Assembly (NCBI GenBank): GCA_938045545.1
Contig: CALIBN010000018.1
Coordinates: forward strand, 1-61,726
Length of the DNA: 61,726 bases
Reading direction: 5' to 3'
Source of the DNA: an uncultured archaeon
GTDB taxonomy: Archaea; Thermoproteota; EX4484-205; JAAOZP01
Position 1 is the stretch's first letter; every line of letters begins with the position of its first letter. A model generated the notes under the pieces. It was given only the letters and a program-made list of their open reading frames with translations. It was not told the origin of the DNA and searched no databases. Below are positions 20,113-29,763 of this stretch, in pieces. The position numbers and the translations under genes are program-made.

Positions 20113-21886
20113 TCCCTATGGTGAAAAGAATGGGTTTAGAAAAACCCTCCGCCGTTAAGAAACCGTACCCTGGTGTCTGTTTCTTTAGAAGCTCATAGTC
20201 CTCCTGGGAAAGACCCATTATGTCTGTAAGAACCCTTGACTCCTCTCCCTCGCATATCCTGTGGGATATCTTCAGGCTTGTGGACTTGACTATTTCAGGA
20301 GAGATTTGCGACGGAAACTGTGACACGAGTATAAGGCTCTCGTTAAACTTTCTCATCTCTAAGAAAAGTTTTTCAGCAATCCCCGGTGGGGAGTCACGCC
20401 TCCTGTATGGCAGAATGTTATGTGCCTCCTCAACAACAGTAAAGTGGCTCCTAGCGCTATTGTTTTTCACCCTGAACTCGTAGAGCAGCGCGAGGATGAA
20501 GAGTGAAACCAGCTTGCGAATATCCACTTCAACAATGTCACCCAGCTCGAAAACCACGTTCCTATCTATAATGTCACCAATCTTCACCAGCCTACTCGTG
20601 TTACAGAATATTTCTTTACTCTGCCCGGTTACCAACGGCTTCAGTCTTCTTAGAAGTGCGAACTTTGTCTCGTTCTCATAGAACGATTTAATGCTCCATC
20701 TCTCCAAGGCCTCTACAAGCCCCCTGAGAGAGTTTGAAGCTGGCATTCCGAGCTCTTTCTCCGTGAGCGTTTGCAGAAGCACTTCCCTAAACATGTATGA
20801 TTGAGATGGAGTGAAGCCGTATATCTGGTCGAAAATATCTGTGACTATTGCAACGTGCTCGGATAGGTTGCTAGCCTCAACGGGGTTAAGTATATCCAGG
20901 GAGAAAGAGCCTAATTTGAAAATGACGCCGTTAAGCTCCTCAGCCAGAGGCCTATACTCATTATGCCAGTCTAAAACCATGAAAGGATACCCGAGCCCGG
21001 CAAGCTTCCTTAAAACATGTTTCACAGTTGTCGTCTTACCTGAGCCTGTTGAGCCGTAGACAGCCATATGCTTCTTGAACTTGTCTGCCTCAAGCCTAAG
21101 CGGCATGATGCTTGAACCGTTAAAAACGATCGACCCGAGGTCGATAGTCTCCTTGGTTTCAACAGTATCGGCGGAGGGCCTGTAGGAGGATGAGAGAAAA
21201 CAGAGCTCGTCATCAGGCATGTGCGGTGTAAGAATCTTGATGGAGCTATCTGCGCCAACCCACTTAGCAACAGAATCGTCCACCAAGATCCTTCTCAAGT
21301 ATTTAATCAGCTCTTTCCCCCTCAGCCTGACGAGTTTTAACTCTGGGAAAACCGTGTTGTAGACAGACCTTATCTTTTCAAAATCTGTTCCAAGCATCTT
21401 CACCGCCTCATCAACTCCTCCACGCCCTATTTTTCTGCTGACCACGAGCAGCTGGGCGAGAAGAACATCATCAGAGTTCCCCGAGGGAAGTATATGGGTC
21501 ACAAATGTTATTGAAATGCCTGCTTTAAGAATCCCGTTAAAAAGGCCCTTGGTCTTCAAGTAGAAGTCTTCCTCTCCCACGATTCTTCCTGATCCCTCCT
21601 CCGGAAGTATTGAAACCGCTCCCACTACGAGCTCCGACGAACCCGTTTTCGCAATGAAGTAGTCCTCGTTTTCCCCGAAGGTCAAATGTTCAACTAGGCT
21701 CGGCCGCTTGTAAAGCAGGAGAAGCGCTACGGGGAGCAGAAGCATCATTATGAAGAGGCTACCCATAGGTGAGGAAATGCTTGAAAAAAACTGGAGGCTT
21801 GAAAAGTTTTTCAGAACGCTTATCAGCAGTATGATGATTACGGCCACGTATGCCGGATCAAACATCCTATTATTGCCGTCAGCCAT
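20102..21886 (-). CDS. Membrane-anchored HerA/VirB4-like (DUF87) ATPase
   Basis: Two N-terminal TM helices, Walker A GSTGSGKTT, LDWHNEY, Walker B VVEEAH, EMRKF, SQFPS. Confidence 0.85.
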   Translation of the reverse strand: MADGNNRMFDPAYVAVIIILLISVLKNFSSLQFFSSISSPMGSLFIMMLLLPVALLLLYKRPSLVEHLTFGENEDYFIAKTGSSELVVGAVSILPEEGSGRIVGEEDFYLKTKGLFNGILKAGISITFVTHILPSGNSDDVLLAQLLVVSRKIGRGGVDEAVKMLGTDFEKIRSVYNTVFPELKLVRLRGKELIKYLRRILVDDSVAKWVGADSSIKILTPHMPDDELCFLSSSYRPSADTVETKETIDLGSIVFNGSSIMPLRLEADKFKKHMAVYGSTGSGKTTTVKHVLRKLAGLGYPFMVLDWHNEYRPLAEELNGVIFKLGSFSLDILNPVEASNLSEHVAIVTDIFDQIYGFTPSQSYMFREVLLQTLTEKELGMPASNSLRGLVEALERWSIKSFYENETKFALLRRLKPLVTGQSKEIFCNTSRLVKIGDIIDRNVVFELGDIVEVDIRKLVSLFILALLYEFRVKNNSARSHFTVVEEAHNILPYRRRDSPPGIAEKLFLEMRKFNESLILVSQFPSQISPEIVKSTSLKISHRICEGEESRVLTDIMGLSQEDYELLKKQTPGYGFLTAEGFSKPILFTIGING

Positions 21887-22089
21887 TATTTAGGCAGCAG
21901 CCAGCCGAACAGGCTTTCACCCAGTTTGCCCACTTCCTCTATTAGAGAGTTGAAGAAGCCAGATATGTTGTCAACAATTTGCTTTGAAACCCCGAAGACG
22001 GCTCCAAGCATGACTAGGGCCAACACTATAAGCAGACCCTCCTCTATGAGCTGCGATCCTTTTAACCTGGTTTTCAAGATCTTCTTCAA
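21886..22089 (-). CDS. Small type IV pilin-like protein (class III signal peptide)
   Basis: Basic leader MKKILKTRLKG followed by SQLIEE (Glu at +5) and a hydrophobic helix. Confidence 0.75.
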   Translation of the reverse strand: MKKILKTRLKGSQLIEEGLLIVLALVMLGAVFGVSKQIVDNISGFFNSLIEEVGKLGESLFGWLLPK

Positions 22090-22116
22090 TCCAATATTAC
22101 AGTGTTCCTAAACAAT

Positions 22117-22929
22117 TTAAGCGCCAATGGCTTCACCGTTGGCTTGCACCAAGCCGCTGATCATGCTGTTAAAAACTAGGAATGAGGCTGTGAAGCTTAA
22201 CGCTGAGTAAAGAATTGTTTTAGCGAGATTCCTAAAGGCTAGGGAGTGGTGGACAAGTATAGATATGCTTAACACGTATAGGATGAGGGAAAGAAGCAGC
22301 GAGAAATCGCTCTGTAAAACGGGCGTGGCTGAAAAAGCTGAGAAAGCGTTTAGAACAGGAGTTGCAGCCGAGAGGAAACCCATTAAGGAGGAGCTTACTG
22401 TAAGCATTATTCTAGCCCTGAACCTTGCTTCTGAAAACAGGGTTTTTCTCTCGTTCTTCAAAGCCTCGTTTTCCCTGAGAAGGATCACATAGCTTTTCAG
22501 GATCTTTTTTGCGGATACAGCATCCTTGGTGAAAAGGCTTGAAGCAAGCCTGATTAGAAGCCTGCCTGTTCGGCCAAGTTCACCGGAATGGGAGATTAAA
22601 GTTTTCTCCAACGGGTGCCCATTTACGCTGCGGCGCACAGCCTTTTCGAAAAGATCACGGTAATCAGTTTCAAAATCTAAATCCGACAGCGTTTTGAAAA
22701 CTGAGCTCTCAAGGTTCAGGTTTTCAGGGTTATCCACTAACCTCCCTATTAATGTTAAGTCAACGGTCTCCGAAAGGTTTTCAGCACCGCTTTCGCCTCT
22801 CTGAGACAGCATCAGCGTGTAGACTAAGAGCTGGATTGAGAATGCAACATACGGTTTAAGCTTTAACACGGGCATTAAAAAGGCGAGTGCCCCAAGCCCC
22901 ATTACTAGGAAAAAGCGTGTTCGCCTCAA
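22117..22929 (-). CDS. TadB/TadC-like pilus platform membrane protein
   Basis: TM-cytoplasmic-TM topology, translationally coupled downstream of the secretion ATPase. Call rests mainly on context. Confidence 0.55.
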   Translation of the reverse strand: MRRTRFFLVMGLGALAFLMPVLKLKPYVAFSIQLLVYTLMLSQRGESGAENLSETVDLTLIGRLVDNPENLNLESSVFKTLSDLDFETDYRDLFEKAVRRSVNGHPLEKTLISHSGELGRTGRLLIRLASSLFTKDAVSAKKILKSYVILLRENEALKNERKTLFSEARFRARIMLTVSSSLMGFLSAATPVLNAFSAFSATPVLQSDFSLLLSLILYVLSISILVHHSLAFRNLAKTILYSALSFTASFLVFNSMISGLVQANGEAIGA

Positions 22930-23492
22930 CCGAGCAGGACACTCCTAATCCTTCCGATCTTATTGAAGAAGATAGTGAACACCATGATGCTTATGATGAA
23001 GAACACTGAAAACAGGATGGTTGGAGCCTCTGATGAAAACCCGGAGGCCAATATTATCGGTATTGGAACAAGGAACACGTAGAAGAAGAATAAGGAAATT
23101 ATAGAGTTAAGCTTCAACGTGTACTCATGGTATTTCATCCTGGCTTTCGACTCAAGGATTCTGAACAGCATTAGCGTCTCCTCCGGATCGACTCTCTGCC
23201 TAGGAGTTTTTTGAACCACATGGGTAATCGCGTTCAGCAGATCTGGGTGTTTCCGGAGAGCCTTGTTCAAAGCTCTCTGAATATCCACACCATTCAGACC
23301 CTGTTCAAGACAATAACACAGGGCTGTGGAAACACCCTCATAGTTTTTACTTGAAACGTCGCGAACAGCCCTGTAAAAATTGTTGTATGCAGATTGGGCT
23401 ATTATTATTTCAGCTACGATTGGAGTTATTACTTCGTAAGCATGCCTATCGTCATCGTTAAAAATTCTCCTTAAAAGCCTTTGCAAGATCAC
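22926..23492 (-). CDS. TadB/TadC-like pilus platform membrane protein
   Basis: Helical domain with GVDIQRAL followed by two TM helices. Overlaps the ATPase stop codon. Confidence 0.55.
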   Translation of the reverse strand: MILQRLLRRIFNDDDRHAYEVITPIVAEIIIAQSAYNNFYRAVRDVSSKNYEGVSTALCYCLEQGLNGVDIQRALNKALRKHPDLLNAITHVVQKTPRQRVDPEETLMLFRILESKARMKYHEYTLKLNSIISLFFFYVFLVPIPIILASGFSSEAPTILFSVFFIISIMVFTIFFNKIGRIRSVLLG

Positions 23493-25369
23493 TTTTGAAA
23501 ACCGCCCCCAGTCTTCCCAAGTGTTTCCACATGGATTTTTTGAACAAGCCTTTTAACGGTGAAATTATCTGAAAAACGGTTCTCTTCAACCATTTTCAAG
23601 ATGGCTTCATACTCCTCCTGAAGATTTTTCTCATCTATGCAGCTTAATCCAGCTAGTTTTCCGAAAAACCCTGAAGCCTCTAGCCCAAGGTAGCAGCATA
23701 ACTCGTCCGTAACGGTACGCCTCGAAAATATTTCAATAAGGTTTGAATCTCCATCTATAACAGCTATTTCCCCAATAAACCGTTTAACAAAATTATTTGC
23801 CTCAAGCCTCTTCATAACTATTATTAGATCAAGCTCAGAAAGCAGTATCCTAGGGATATTGTAAACGTCTACAAGCCTTTTAACGAAGCCCCTGCCGGAA
23901 GCGGCGTGCGCAGTATGCATTATTCTCAGGCCGGCTGAGACTGCGCGGAACATTGCCTTAACGTGGCTTCCCGTCTGAACTTCACCAAGTATAAGGTAGG
24001 AGGGAGTCCTGTGAAGAGCCTTAACTATTTCAAGCGTCTTAGTGTCGCTTCTCCCCTTAGTTTCAAACGGCTCCACAATGTACACTACTCTATGCTGGTC
24101 GAAGACCCTTGGGGGAAGCGTTTCAAGAGCATCCTCAACGTGTACTATGCGCCACCATGAGGGAGCAAAATAGCTTAGAAAGTTTAAAAGAGAGGTTTTC
24201 CCAGAATTCGGCTCACCCACGATAGAGATGTTGGCACGGTTTAGAATGGCGAAGATTAGGAAAGCAGCAGCCTCAACTGAAAAATATCCTGATCCTAAAA
24301 GGACTCTGAGGTGAAGCACGTCCGCCACGTGTTTCCGCACGTCTAAAACGCCTTTCCCTAACGCGAGGGGAGGAATATCTATTGAAACCCTTGTCAAAAC
24401 CCTGTCGAAGACAATAGCGGTTTTAATCGAGGGGTTAGAGTAATCCAGGTTTAAGCCGGATTCTCTTTTCACGAGCGACACAAGGCTTTCAAAATCCCTT
24501 TCTTTAAACACGAGGTTTGTACTAAGCCTTCCGAAACGAGCATGGTCAACGTAAAGCCTCCTCCCAACATCATCTAAGAAGAAACACTGCACACCGCTAT
24601 CGTTCAACAAGGGATATATTTTCGACAATCCTATGGAAGAGTACACGGCATGCTTAACTATGGAGCCCACCGGCTCCGCAGCTTCCAACTGCGCTAACAC
24701 CTTCAGAAACCTTAAGCCGACTTTAAACCTGTAGCTAAATATGTCTTTAAACCTGCCGGTTCTAAGCATTCTCTTAGAGTAGGCTAGGCGCAGAATTTTT
24801 GAAAGCTCCTTCTCAATCCAGAAGTAATCGTCAGACTTGAAAAAAACCCTATAGGAACCATCTTTAGCATTCACACAGTACAACAGGTGGCCAAGCACAT
24901 AGCTGTGTTCAGCCGGCCACGAGCCGTGAAAAACCCCTTCAAATTCCTTGAGTCCGCGTTCGGAGAAAAGCTTGACGGATGCGGGAAACCGTAGTAACGG
25001 CTTAGAATATACGCTTCCATAGAATGGCCTTATGGAAAGCATTCCTCGAGCAGAGTTCAAGCCAAGGCTATTCTCCTCATGCTCCTCCAAAAGTCTTTTG
25101 TAAAGCTCTTCCTTCTCCTTCTCGATCTCTCTAGAGAGATCCTCTAACAGCCTGACATATTGCTCTCGGACTTCGAGCAAACGTTCCTTAACACGTATCA
25201 GTATTCTCTCCGGCTTGAAATACGTGAGCTTATGCATAATGTCGCAGATAAGCCATGGATCCGTTTCCCGGGATTCCGGATATGACAGGAACAAGGTTCT
25301 ACCCCTACTGTCCCAAGCCCATTTCCTTTCAAAGCCGGCATAGAGGAAACCCTGTTGGACGCTGCTCAT
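23489..25369 (-). CDS. Type II/IV secretion ATPase (VirB11/TadA/ArlI family)
   Basis: Walker A GEPNSGKTS, Asp box VEDALE, Walker B ILGEVQ, His box MHTAHA. Confidence 0.88.
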   Translation of the reverse strand: MSSVQQGFLYAGFERKWAWDSRGRTLFLSYPESRETDPWLICDIMHKLTYFKPERILIRVKERLLEVREQYVRLLEDLSREIEKEKEELYKRLLEEHEENSLGLNSARGMLSIRPFYGSVYSKPLLRFPASVKLFSERGLKEFEGVFHGSWPAEHSYVLGHLLYCVNAKDGSYRVFFKSDDYFWIEKELSKILRLAYSKRMLRTGRFKDIFSYRFKVGLRFLKVLAQLEAAEPVGSIVKHAVYSSIGLSKIYPLLNDSGVQCFFLDDVGRRLYVDHARFGRLSTNLVFKERDFESLVSLVKRESGLNLDYSNPSIKTAIVFDRVLTRVSIDIPPLALGKGVLDVRKHVADVLHLRVLLGSGYFSVEAAAFLIFAILNRANISIVGEPNSGKTSLLNFLSYFAPSWWRIVHVEDALETLPPRVFDQHRVVYIVEPFETKGRSDTKTLEIVKALHRTPSYLILGEVQTGSHVKAMFRAVSAGLRIMHTAHAASGRGFVKRLVDVYNIPRILLSELDLIIVMKRLEANNFVKRFIGEIAVIDGDSNLIEIFSRRTVTDELCCYLGLEASGFFGKLAGLSCIDEKNLQEEYEAILKMVEENRFSDNFTVKRLVQKIHVETLGKTGGGFQK

Positions 25370-25515
25370 TTCGAAGCAACCTTTAGGAGCTCAGTCAACT
25401 CCCGATACTTTTTCTCAAGGTTTAAAATTCTAGTGTTCAACTTCCCTATGTTCACCTTCAAATCCTCTATCTCCTGAAGTATTGCGTTAACCAGTAGGTC
25501 GTCTTGGAAGATCAT
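25366..25515 (-). CDS. 49-aa coiled-coil protein, first gene of the ATPase operon (not in ORF track)
   Basis: MIFQDDLLVNAILQEIEDLKVNIGKLNTRILNLEKKYRELTELLKVASK. ATGA overlap with the ATPase start. Confidence 0.65.
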   Translation of the reverse strand: MIFQDDLLVNAILQEIEDLKVNIGKLNTRILNLEKKYRELTELLKVASK

Positions 25516-25650
25516 CCATAAACCAGAATAGTGGAAACCTATTTATTCACCAATACTGACACCGTTGGCGGTTATAAGGCTTAGGACGCTGATAAACTTG
25601 GGATTGGAAAATGCGTGTGAAGGCTGGGCGGCTTAAGAGGAGGGATACCT

Positions 25651-25794
25651 ATGAGCAGCCTGCTTGAGAAAACCCTGGTAATTCTGCTCTCAGCAGTACT
25701 CCTTGGACTAGGCTTAGCCTACTTATTGGAGCGAGTCATACCTATGATTAAGCAGATTTATGAGAGCGTGGCTAAACTGCTTACTGCAAGCTAG
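25651..25794 (+). CDS. 47-aa pilin-like single-TM protein (not in ORF track)
   Basis: GAGGAGG RBS. MSSLLEKTLVILLSAVLLGLGLAYLLERVIPMIKQIYESVAKLLTAS. Confidence 0.65.
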   Translation: MSSLLEKTLVILLSAVLLGLGLAYLLERVIPMIKQIYESVAKLLTAS

Positions 25795-25805
25795 GGTGAA
25801 ACAGC

Positions 25806-26186
25806 TTGAACGAGATTCTTGAGGAACATTTGAAAGACGCCCTCTGGATATCTTTAACACTCGTAGTAAGCTTTACATTGCTTCATGCCACAGATACTGT
25901 TAGAACAGTTTTCTTAAACAAGGTTTTTAACAACATCCTGATTTTAATAGGTAAACACGCTGATCTTTCAGCAGAGTACGGGGGGAAATTCACCCTATCT
26001 ATGCCAGAAACACCTTTATTCAACTATTCAATCCTGCTTAATGATAATGAATACTACATCATGATTCACGGGATTCGGGTCTTCCACGGAGCCTGGGAAT
26101 ACAGGTTTAACAGTGTGACCATAGAGCCGGGTGGAACATACTCCGTGAAAACATTGGAGAACGGGTTTGTTTTAACCAAACGATGA
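25806..26186 (+). CDS. Minor pilin-like protein
   Basis: N-terminal hydrophobic helix followed by a beta-rich domain. GGTGA RBS. Confidence 0.55.
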   Translation: MNEILEEHLKDALWISLTLVVSFTLLHATDTVRTVFLNKVFNNILILIGKHADLSAEYGGKFTLSMPETPLFNYSILLNDNEYYIMIHGIRVFHGAWEYRFNSVTIEPGGTYSVKTLENGFVLTKR

Positions 26187-26314
26187 GCGACAAGCTTCTA
26201 GATTTCCTAGCATCATCATTCCTGATTTTTCTGCTAGTCTTAGAATTAGCGTTGGCTCTTATTCTCACCTTAAACAATGTTTCAACCTTAACTTGGCTGG
26301 CTGAACAAGCGTGA
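26183..26314 (+). CDS. 43-aa single-TM protein (not in ORF track)
   Basis: ATGA overlap with the upstream gene. MSDKLLDFLASSFLIFLLVLELALALILTLNNVSTLTWLAEQA. Confidence 0.55.
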   Translation: MSDKLLDFLASSFLIFLLVLELALALILTLNNVSTLTWLAEQA

Positions 26315-26320
26315 ATAAGA

Positions 26321-26704
26321 ATGCAGTTTTTAGAGGGCATAATTGCAATCGTCCTGAGTACTCTCCTGTTAATACCGATAATAACTGTCTCGCAAAGCAT
26401 CAGAACCGTGTTTGAAAAAATAAAGGTAATAAAAATAGACGTGGCTTTAGAGAGCAGCCTCGCAGAGATCCCTTGTCAAACTCTGGCCGATTCTGAGGCC
26501 CTGCTCAGCGAAGTCACTAGGATCCTGAGCTCTAACAGGGTTAAGTGGAGCAAAATAGAGATTCTGAGCAAGCAGAATGGAAGAATAATAGTTGAGAATA
26601 AGCAGGCCTCAGACAATCCTTGTGAACACCATACTAGGCTTGTTCGAATAATCAGAGTCAGCAGCGAAGATGTTGTGAGCATAGCGGTGAGCGTAGAGAA
26701 ATGA
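26321..26704 (+). CDS. Minor pilin-like protein
   Basis: Begins MQFLEGIIAIVLSTLLLIP: Glu at position 5, then a hydrophobic helix. Confidence 0.55.
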   Translation: MQFLEGIIAIVLSTLLLIPIITVSQSIRTVFEKIKVIKIDVALESSLAEIPCQTLADSEALLSEVTRILSSNRVKWSKIEILSKQNGRIIVENKQASDNPCEHHTRLVRIIRVSSEDVVSIAVSVEK

Positions 26705-27141
26705 TTAAAACATGGATGATACCTATAGTCGCCTCAACAATCTTTATGGCTTCACTGTTGATAGCGAACCTAATGGTCCAGTCTGGAAGCGCCCTTCTAT
26801 TAGGCTTTTTAAAACAGAGAGCAAAGCTTGTTTTAGCCGATTCCCTGGTAAGAGATATTTTCAGCAGCTTGGAGAACATTGTAGAAACGAGTATTAGTTC
26901 TTCCCAAGGAAATTTCTCCGAGTTTAAGAAAACCCTAATAGACAAGATGGAACGCTTTAAAACGGAAAACCTTTATGAAGAATTTTTCAAAGAGTGTGGA
27001 ATACTTGTCCAGTTTAACTACACTATTGAATCTCGTGAGGAAGAGTTTTCAGTAGAGATCGAGTGCAGGATTCACGTGAGCGACCTAGAAGGCTTCTTCG
27101 AGTTTGAACGTGTTCACAAAACTGTTAAACGGCAGGATTAG
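26701..27141 (+). CDS. Pilin-like / single-TM exported protein
   Basis: ATGA overlap, N-terminal hydrophobic helix, C-terminal beta-strands. Confidence 0.5.
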   Translation: MIKTWMIPIVASTIFMASLLIANLMVQSGSALLLGFLKQRAKLVLADSLVRDIFSSLENIVETSISSSQGNFSEFKKTLIDKMERFKTENLYEEFFKECGILVQFNYTIESREEEFSVEIECRIHVSDLEGFFEFERVHKTVKRQD

Positions 27142-28051
27142 ATGAGGGTTCAACGGGTTGAGAAGGTTTTCCGAAAAACTCTTCATATGTTTCTCTGACG
27201 CTATACTCAGCATACCCAACGTATCCGGCCAGCTCCCTCTGGGTCACGGGATTTTTGATTTTCAACATGGCAGCAGCCTCCTTTGACGCCGCGTAGATGG
27301 CTGCTGCTAAACATATCATGGGGTTTTTACCATGGAAATAGTAATGCTTAGATTTCAAATCGTTGAAGAGCCTGATCGACATCGACCTAAGAATGTTTAG
27401 AAACATTTCTCTTTCAGCGAGTGACTGAAGCTTGTGGTTATTCCTCATCACCAGAGATATTATTTCGTTTATTGTTTTACCAGCATCGTATTTTGCTTCC
27501 GCAATCCCAACCTCCCTTGCAATAGAAATCACGTTAAACAGGTCTCTCGGCCGGATTTTAAAACCTATGCTGCACAGGTACGCCTGTATTTTCTTATAAT
27601 GTGGAACTATGTTAAAACTGCAGGATCTCGCTGCGCTGACTACGGAGTATGTTGCAACCGCCGCCAAGTTGATCTTTCTACTTTTAGAATTACGCAGCAG
27701 TTTTAAACCAATACTGTGGGAAAACAATCTTATCGAAGACCCCAGGTGAAAATAGCTACAGACCTTGTCTATTATCCATTTCAGCTCGTTCTCCTTCCTA
27801 GTGGCCGAGTAGAAAATGTTCCTCTGAAGCTTAGAGACACCGTTTTCGAAACCCCGTTCCGCAATCAGACTTCCGTAGCAGGAGTCTCCGTTAAACGCGT
27901 GACCCTGATCGTAGGACGCGACGTACTTGTCTAGGAAGTCGACCACTAGGCCGCACCTGCTGCAGACAAGCTCGTTCCCCGAGTTAACCAACTGAGAGTT
28001 ACAGTTTGGACATTTTACGGAGGAAAGTGGCTGAACAGTTTCCTGCTTCAT
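27125..28051 (-). CDS. Divergent transcription factor B (TFB/TFIIB) paralogue
   Basis: Zn ribbon CPNC..CSRCG, two cyclin-like repeats, GKNP..LAAAIY and VTQRELA..VGYAEYSVR HTH. Start taken at MKQE (the ORF extends to 28090). Confidence 0.8.
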   Translation of the reverse strand: MKQETVQPLSSVKCPNCNSQLVNSGNELVCSRCGLVVDFLDKYVASYDQGHAFNGDSCYGSLIAERGFENGVSKLQRNIFYSATRKENELKWIIDKVCSYFHLGSSIRLFSHSIGLKLLRNSKSRKINLAAVATYSVVSAARSCSFNIVPHYKKIQAYLCSIGFKIRPRDLFNVISIAREVGIAEAKYDAGKTINEIISLVMRNNHKLQSLAEREMFLNILRSMSIRLFNDLKSKHYYFHGKNPMICLAAAIYAASKEAAAMLKIKNPVTQRELAGYVGYAEYSVRETYEEFFGKPSQPVEPSSNPAV

Positions 28052-28172
28052 TTCTAGAAATACTATTAGTAGAACAATAAAAGTAGCCATGAAAAAAAGA
28101 TACGTTTTAGAATAAGCTCTTTACCTCAGAAAGTATTAAAAACAGGGAGTGCACTGTAAAAGTGATGTTAAA

Positions 28173-28598
28173 ATGATGAGAACAGGGTTCACGACAGAGG
28201 TTAATCGTTTAATAGGCAAGAAAGTCGCGGTTGTTACACAGGGCGGAGAAGAACTCGTAGGTGTTTTAGCTTCGCTAGACATCGACACTTTTTCAGTAAT
28301 CTTGAACGATGTTGATTTGAAAGGAGGCAAGAAGATTCCCAAGGCGATACTTAACGGGAACGATGTTAAGAGAATAGAGGTGAGGACAGCAATACTTGAT
28401 TTAAGGAAACTTGCTGAGAGAATAGAAAGAGTCTTCCCGAAAATGGTCCAGTACAACGAGGAGGCTGGAGTCATAATAGTGATGAACAGGATAAGGGTTA
28501 CTGAGAACGGTGTTGTCGAGGGAAGCGGGCTTGCCGCCGAGAAGGTGAGCGAGATATACAACGATTTCATCAAGGAGAGTTCTGTAGAGAGAGAATAG
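28173..28598 (+). CDS. Sm-like protein SmAP3 (Lsm with C-terminal domain)
   Basis: Sm fold (LIGKKVAV..LVGVLASLD..ILND) plus IRVTENGVVEGSGLAAEKV C-terminal domain. Confidence 0.8.
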   Translation: MMRTGFTTEVNRLIGKKVAVVTQGGEELVGVLASLDIDTFSVILNDVDLKGGKKIPKAILNGNDVKRIEVRTAILDLRKLAERIERVFPKMVQYNEEAGVIIVMNRIRVTENGVVEGSGLAAEKVSEIYNDFIKESSVERE

Positions 28599-28609
28599 TT
28601 TCCACCTGC

Positions 28610-29245
28610 TTAACCCTCAGAAAAATATTTTTTAAGGAAGCTGAGGATACTACTCCGAGCCGTTTTAGCGGCAGCAAGATCGGGGCTCTCCCCATTAGTC
28701 TCCACAAGAATGCATGCGCTATCCAAACCATGTAGGCTTGCAAGCCCAGGTATTAGACCAGCAGCCCCCACAACAGTACCCCTTAAAGGCAGGAATCCGA
28801 GGGAGGCTCCTAGCATTGAAATCCTCCAGTTGGTTGAAGAAATATAGATTTTTCTCTTCTCGCCAACCCGGGTTATGGCATAACCGCCTACACCTATGAC
28901 GATCCTGACTCCGGATTCTTCTGCAACCTCCACTAGCCTTCTAGCTAACTCATACTGGCTGAATTGAGTAGTAGGCTGAGACGCCCCCCTGACTATAATA
29001 ACGCCCTTAAACTCCTCTGTGCGGATTTTGTTGACAGTTATTTTCGGAGGAGTTATCAAACCTTCCCTAGAGGTTACTGATACGTATAGGAGAGACTCCG
29101 GGTAAAGCTCCAGGATCGGGGTGTTTTCAACCGCCGACTCCATGAGAAGCTCGCCCGTCAATGAGCCTACAAGCCCAATGCCCGGAAGACATATCAGCAT
29201 GCAGTCCGCGGCCCAAGCCTCTTTTCTAACAGCTTTTTCCAGCAA
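28610..29245 (-). CDS. PAC2-family proteasome assembly chaperone
   Basis: LPGIGLVG, VGGY, VVGAAGLIPG, ETNGESPDLAAA motifs. Confidence 0.8.
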   Translation of the reverse strand: MLEKAVRKEAWAADCMLICLPGIGLVGSLTGELLMESAVENTPILELYPESLLYVSVTSREGLITPPKITVNKIRTEEFKGVIIVRGASQPTTQFSQYELARRLVEVAEESGVRIVIGVGGYAITRVGEKRKIYISSTNWRISMLGASLGFLPLRGTVVGAAGLIPGLASLHGLDSACILVETNGESPDLAAAKTARSSILSFLKKYFSEG

Positions 29246-29450
29246 CCCTTCGCTTTTTACTTAGGAGGGCCAGCTTATTAAAACTTTCAGATAACATGTG
29301 CACTAGGCTAGTGGCAGCAGGTGAAGGTCTGTTTCCCACTCCGAGGCACTATTGCAATCTTGTTTTAACTCGGAAAACTCTGAATCAGCGTCTCAGAAGT
29401 TGACGCATGTGAAGATCTCGTTGTAGACGAGACCGTCGTGTCATCGTTTT

Positions 29451-29763
29451 TTAACCAGTTCCAGAGCTCCTCGAAGCTTTCGAAGAATTTTCCGATTTCT
29501 TCTCAAGCATCAGAGTATAGTTGGTGAAAAGAGACTCATATTTTCTCTCCAGTTCAGCGAGAAGGCTTCGTTTCTCCTCCATAGTATTTATCGTTACACG
29601 CTGGTTTTTCAACAATCCCCCTGATCCTACTGTTCTCTGCAAAGAGGAAAGTTGGGGAAACCAGTAATGCGAGAAAGAGTAGAAACTCCATTATCCTCCC
29701 CTTTTCTTTCAATCCTGAAAAATTCAGCCTCATAGGCTTAAAAACCTTAGGTAGTTCCTTCAT
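29451..29763 (-). pseudogene. Frameshifted membrane-anchored coiled-coil gene
   Basis: Two overlapping ORFs (29554..29763 with a TM segment, 29451..29642 with a coiled coil) that join across an A5 run near 29605. Confidence 0.4.
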
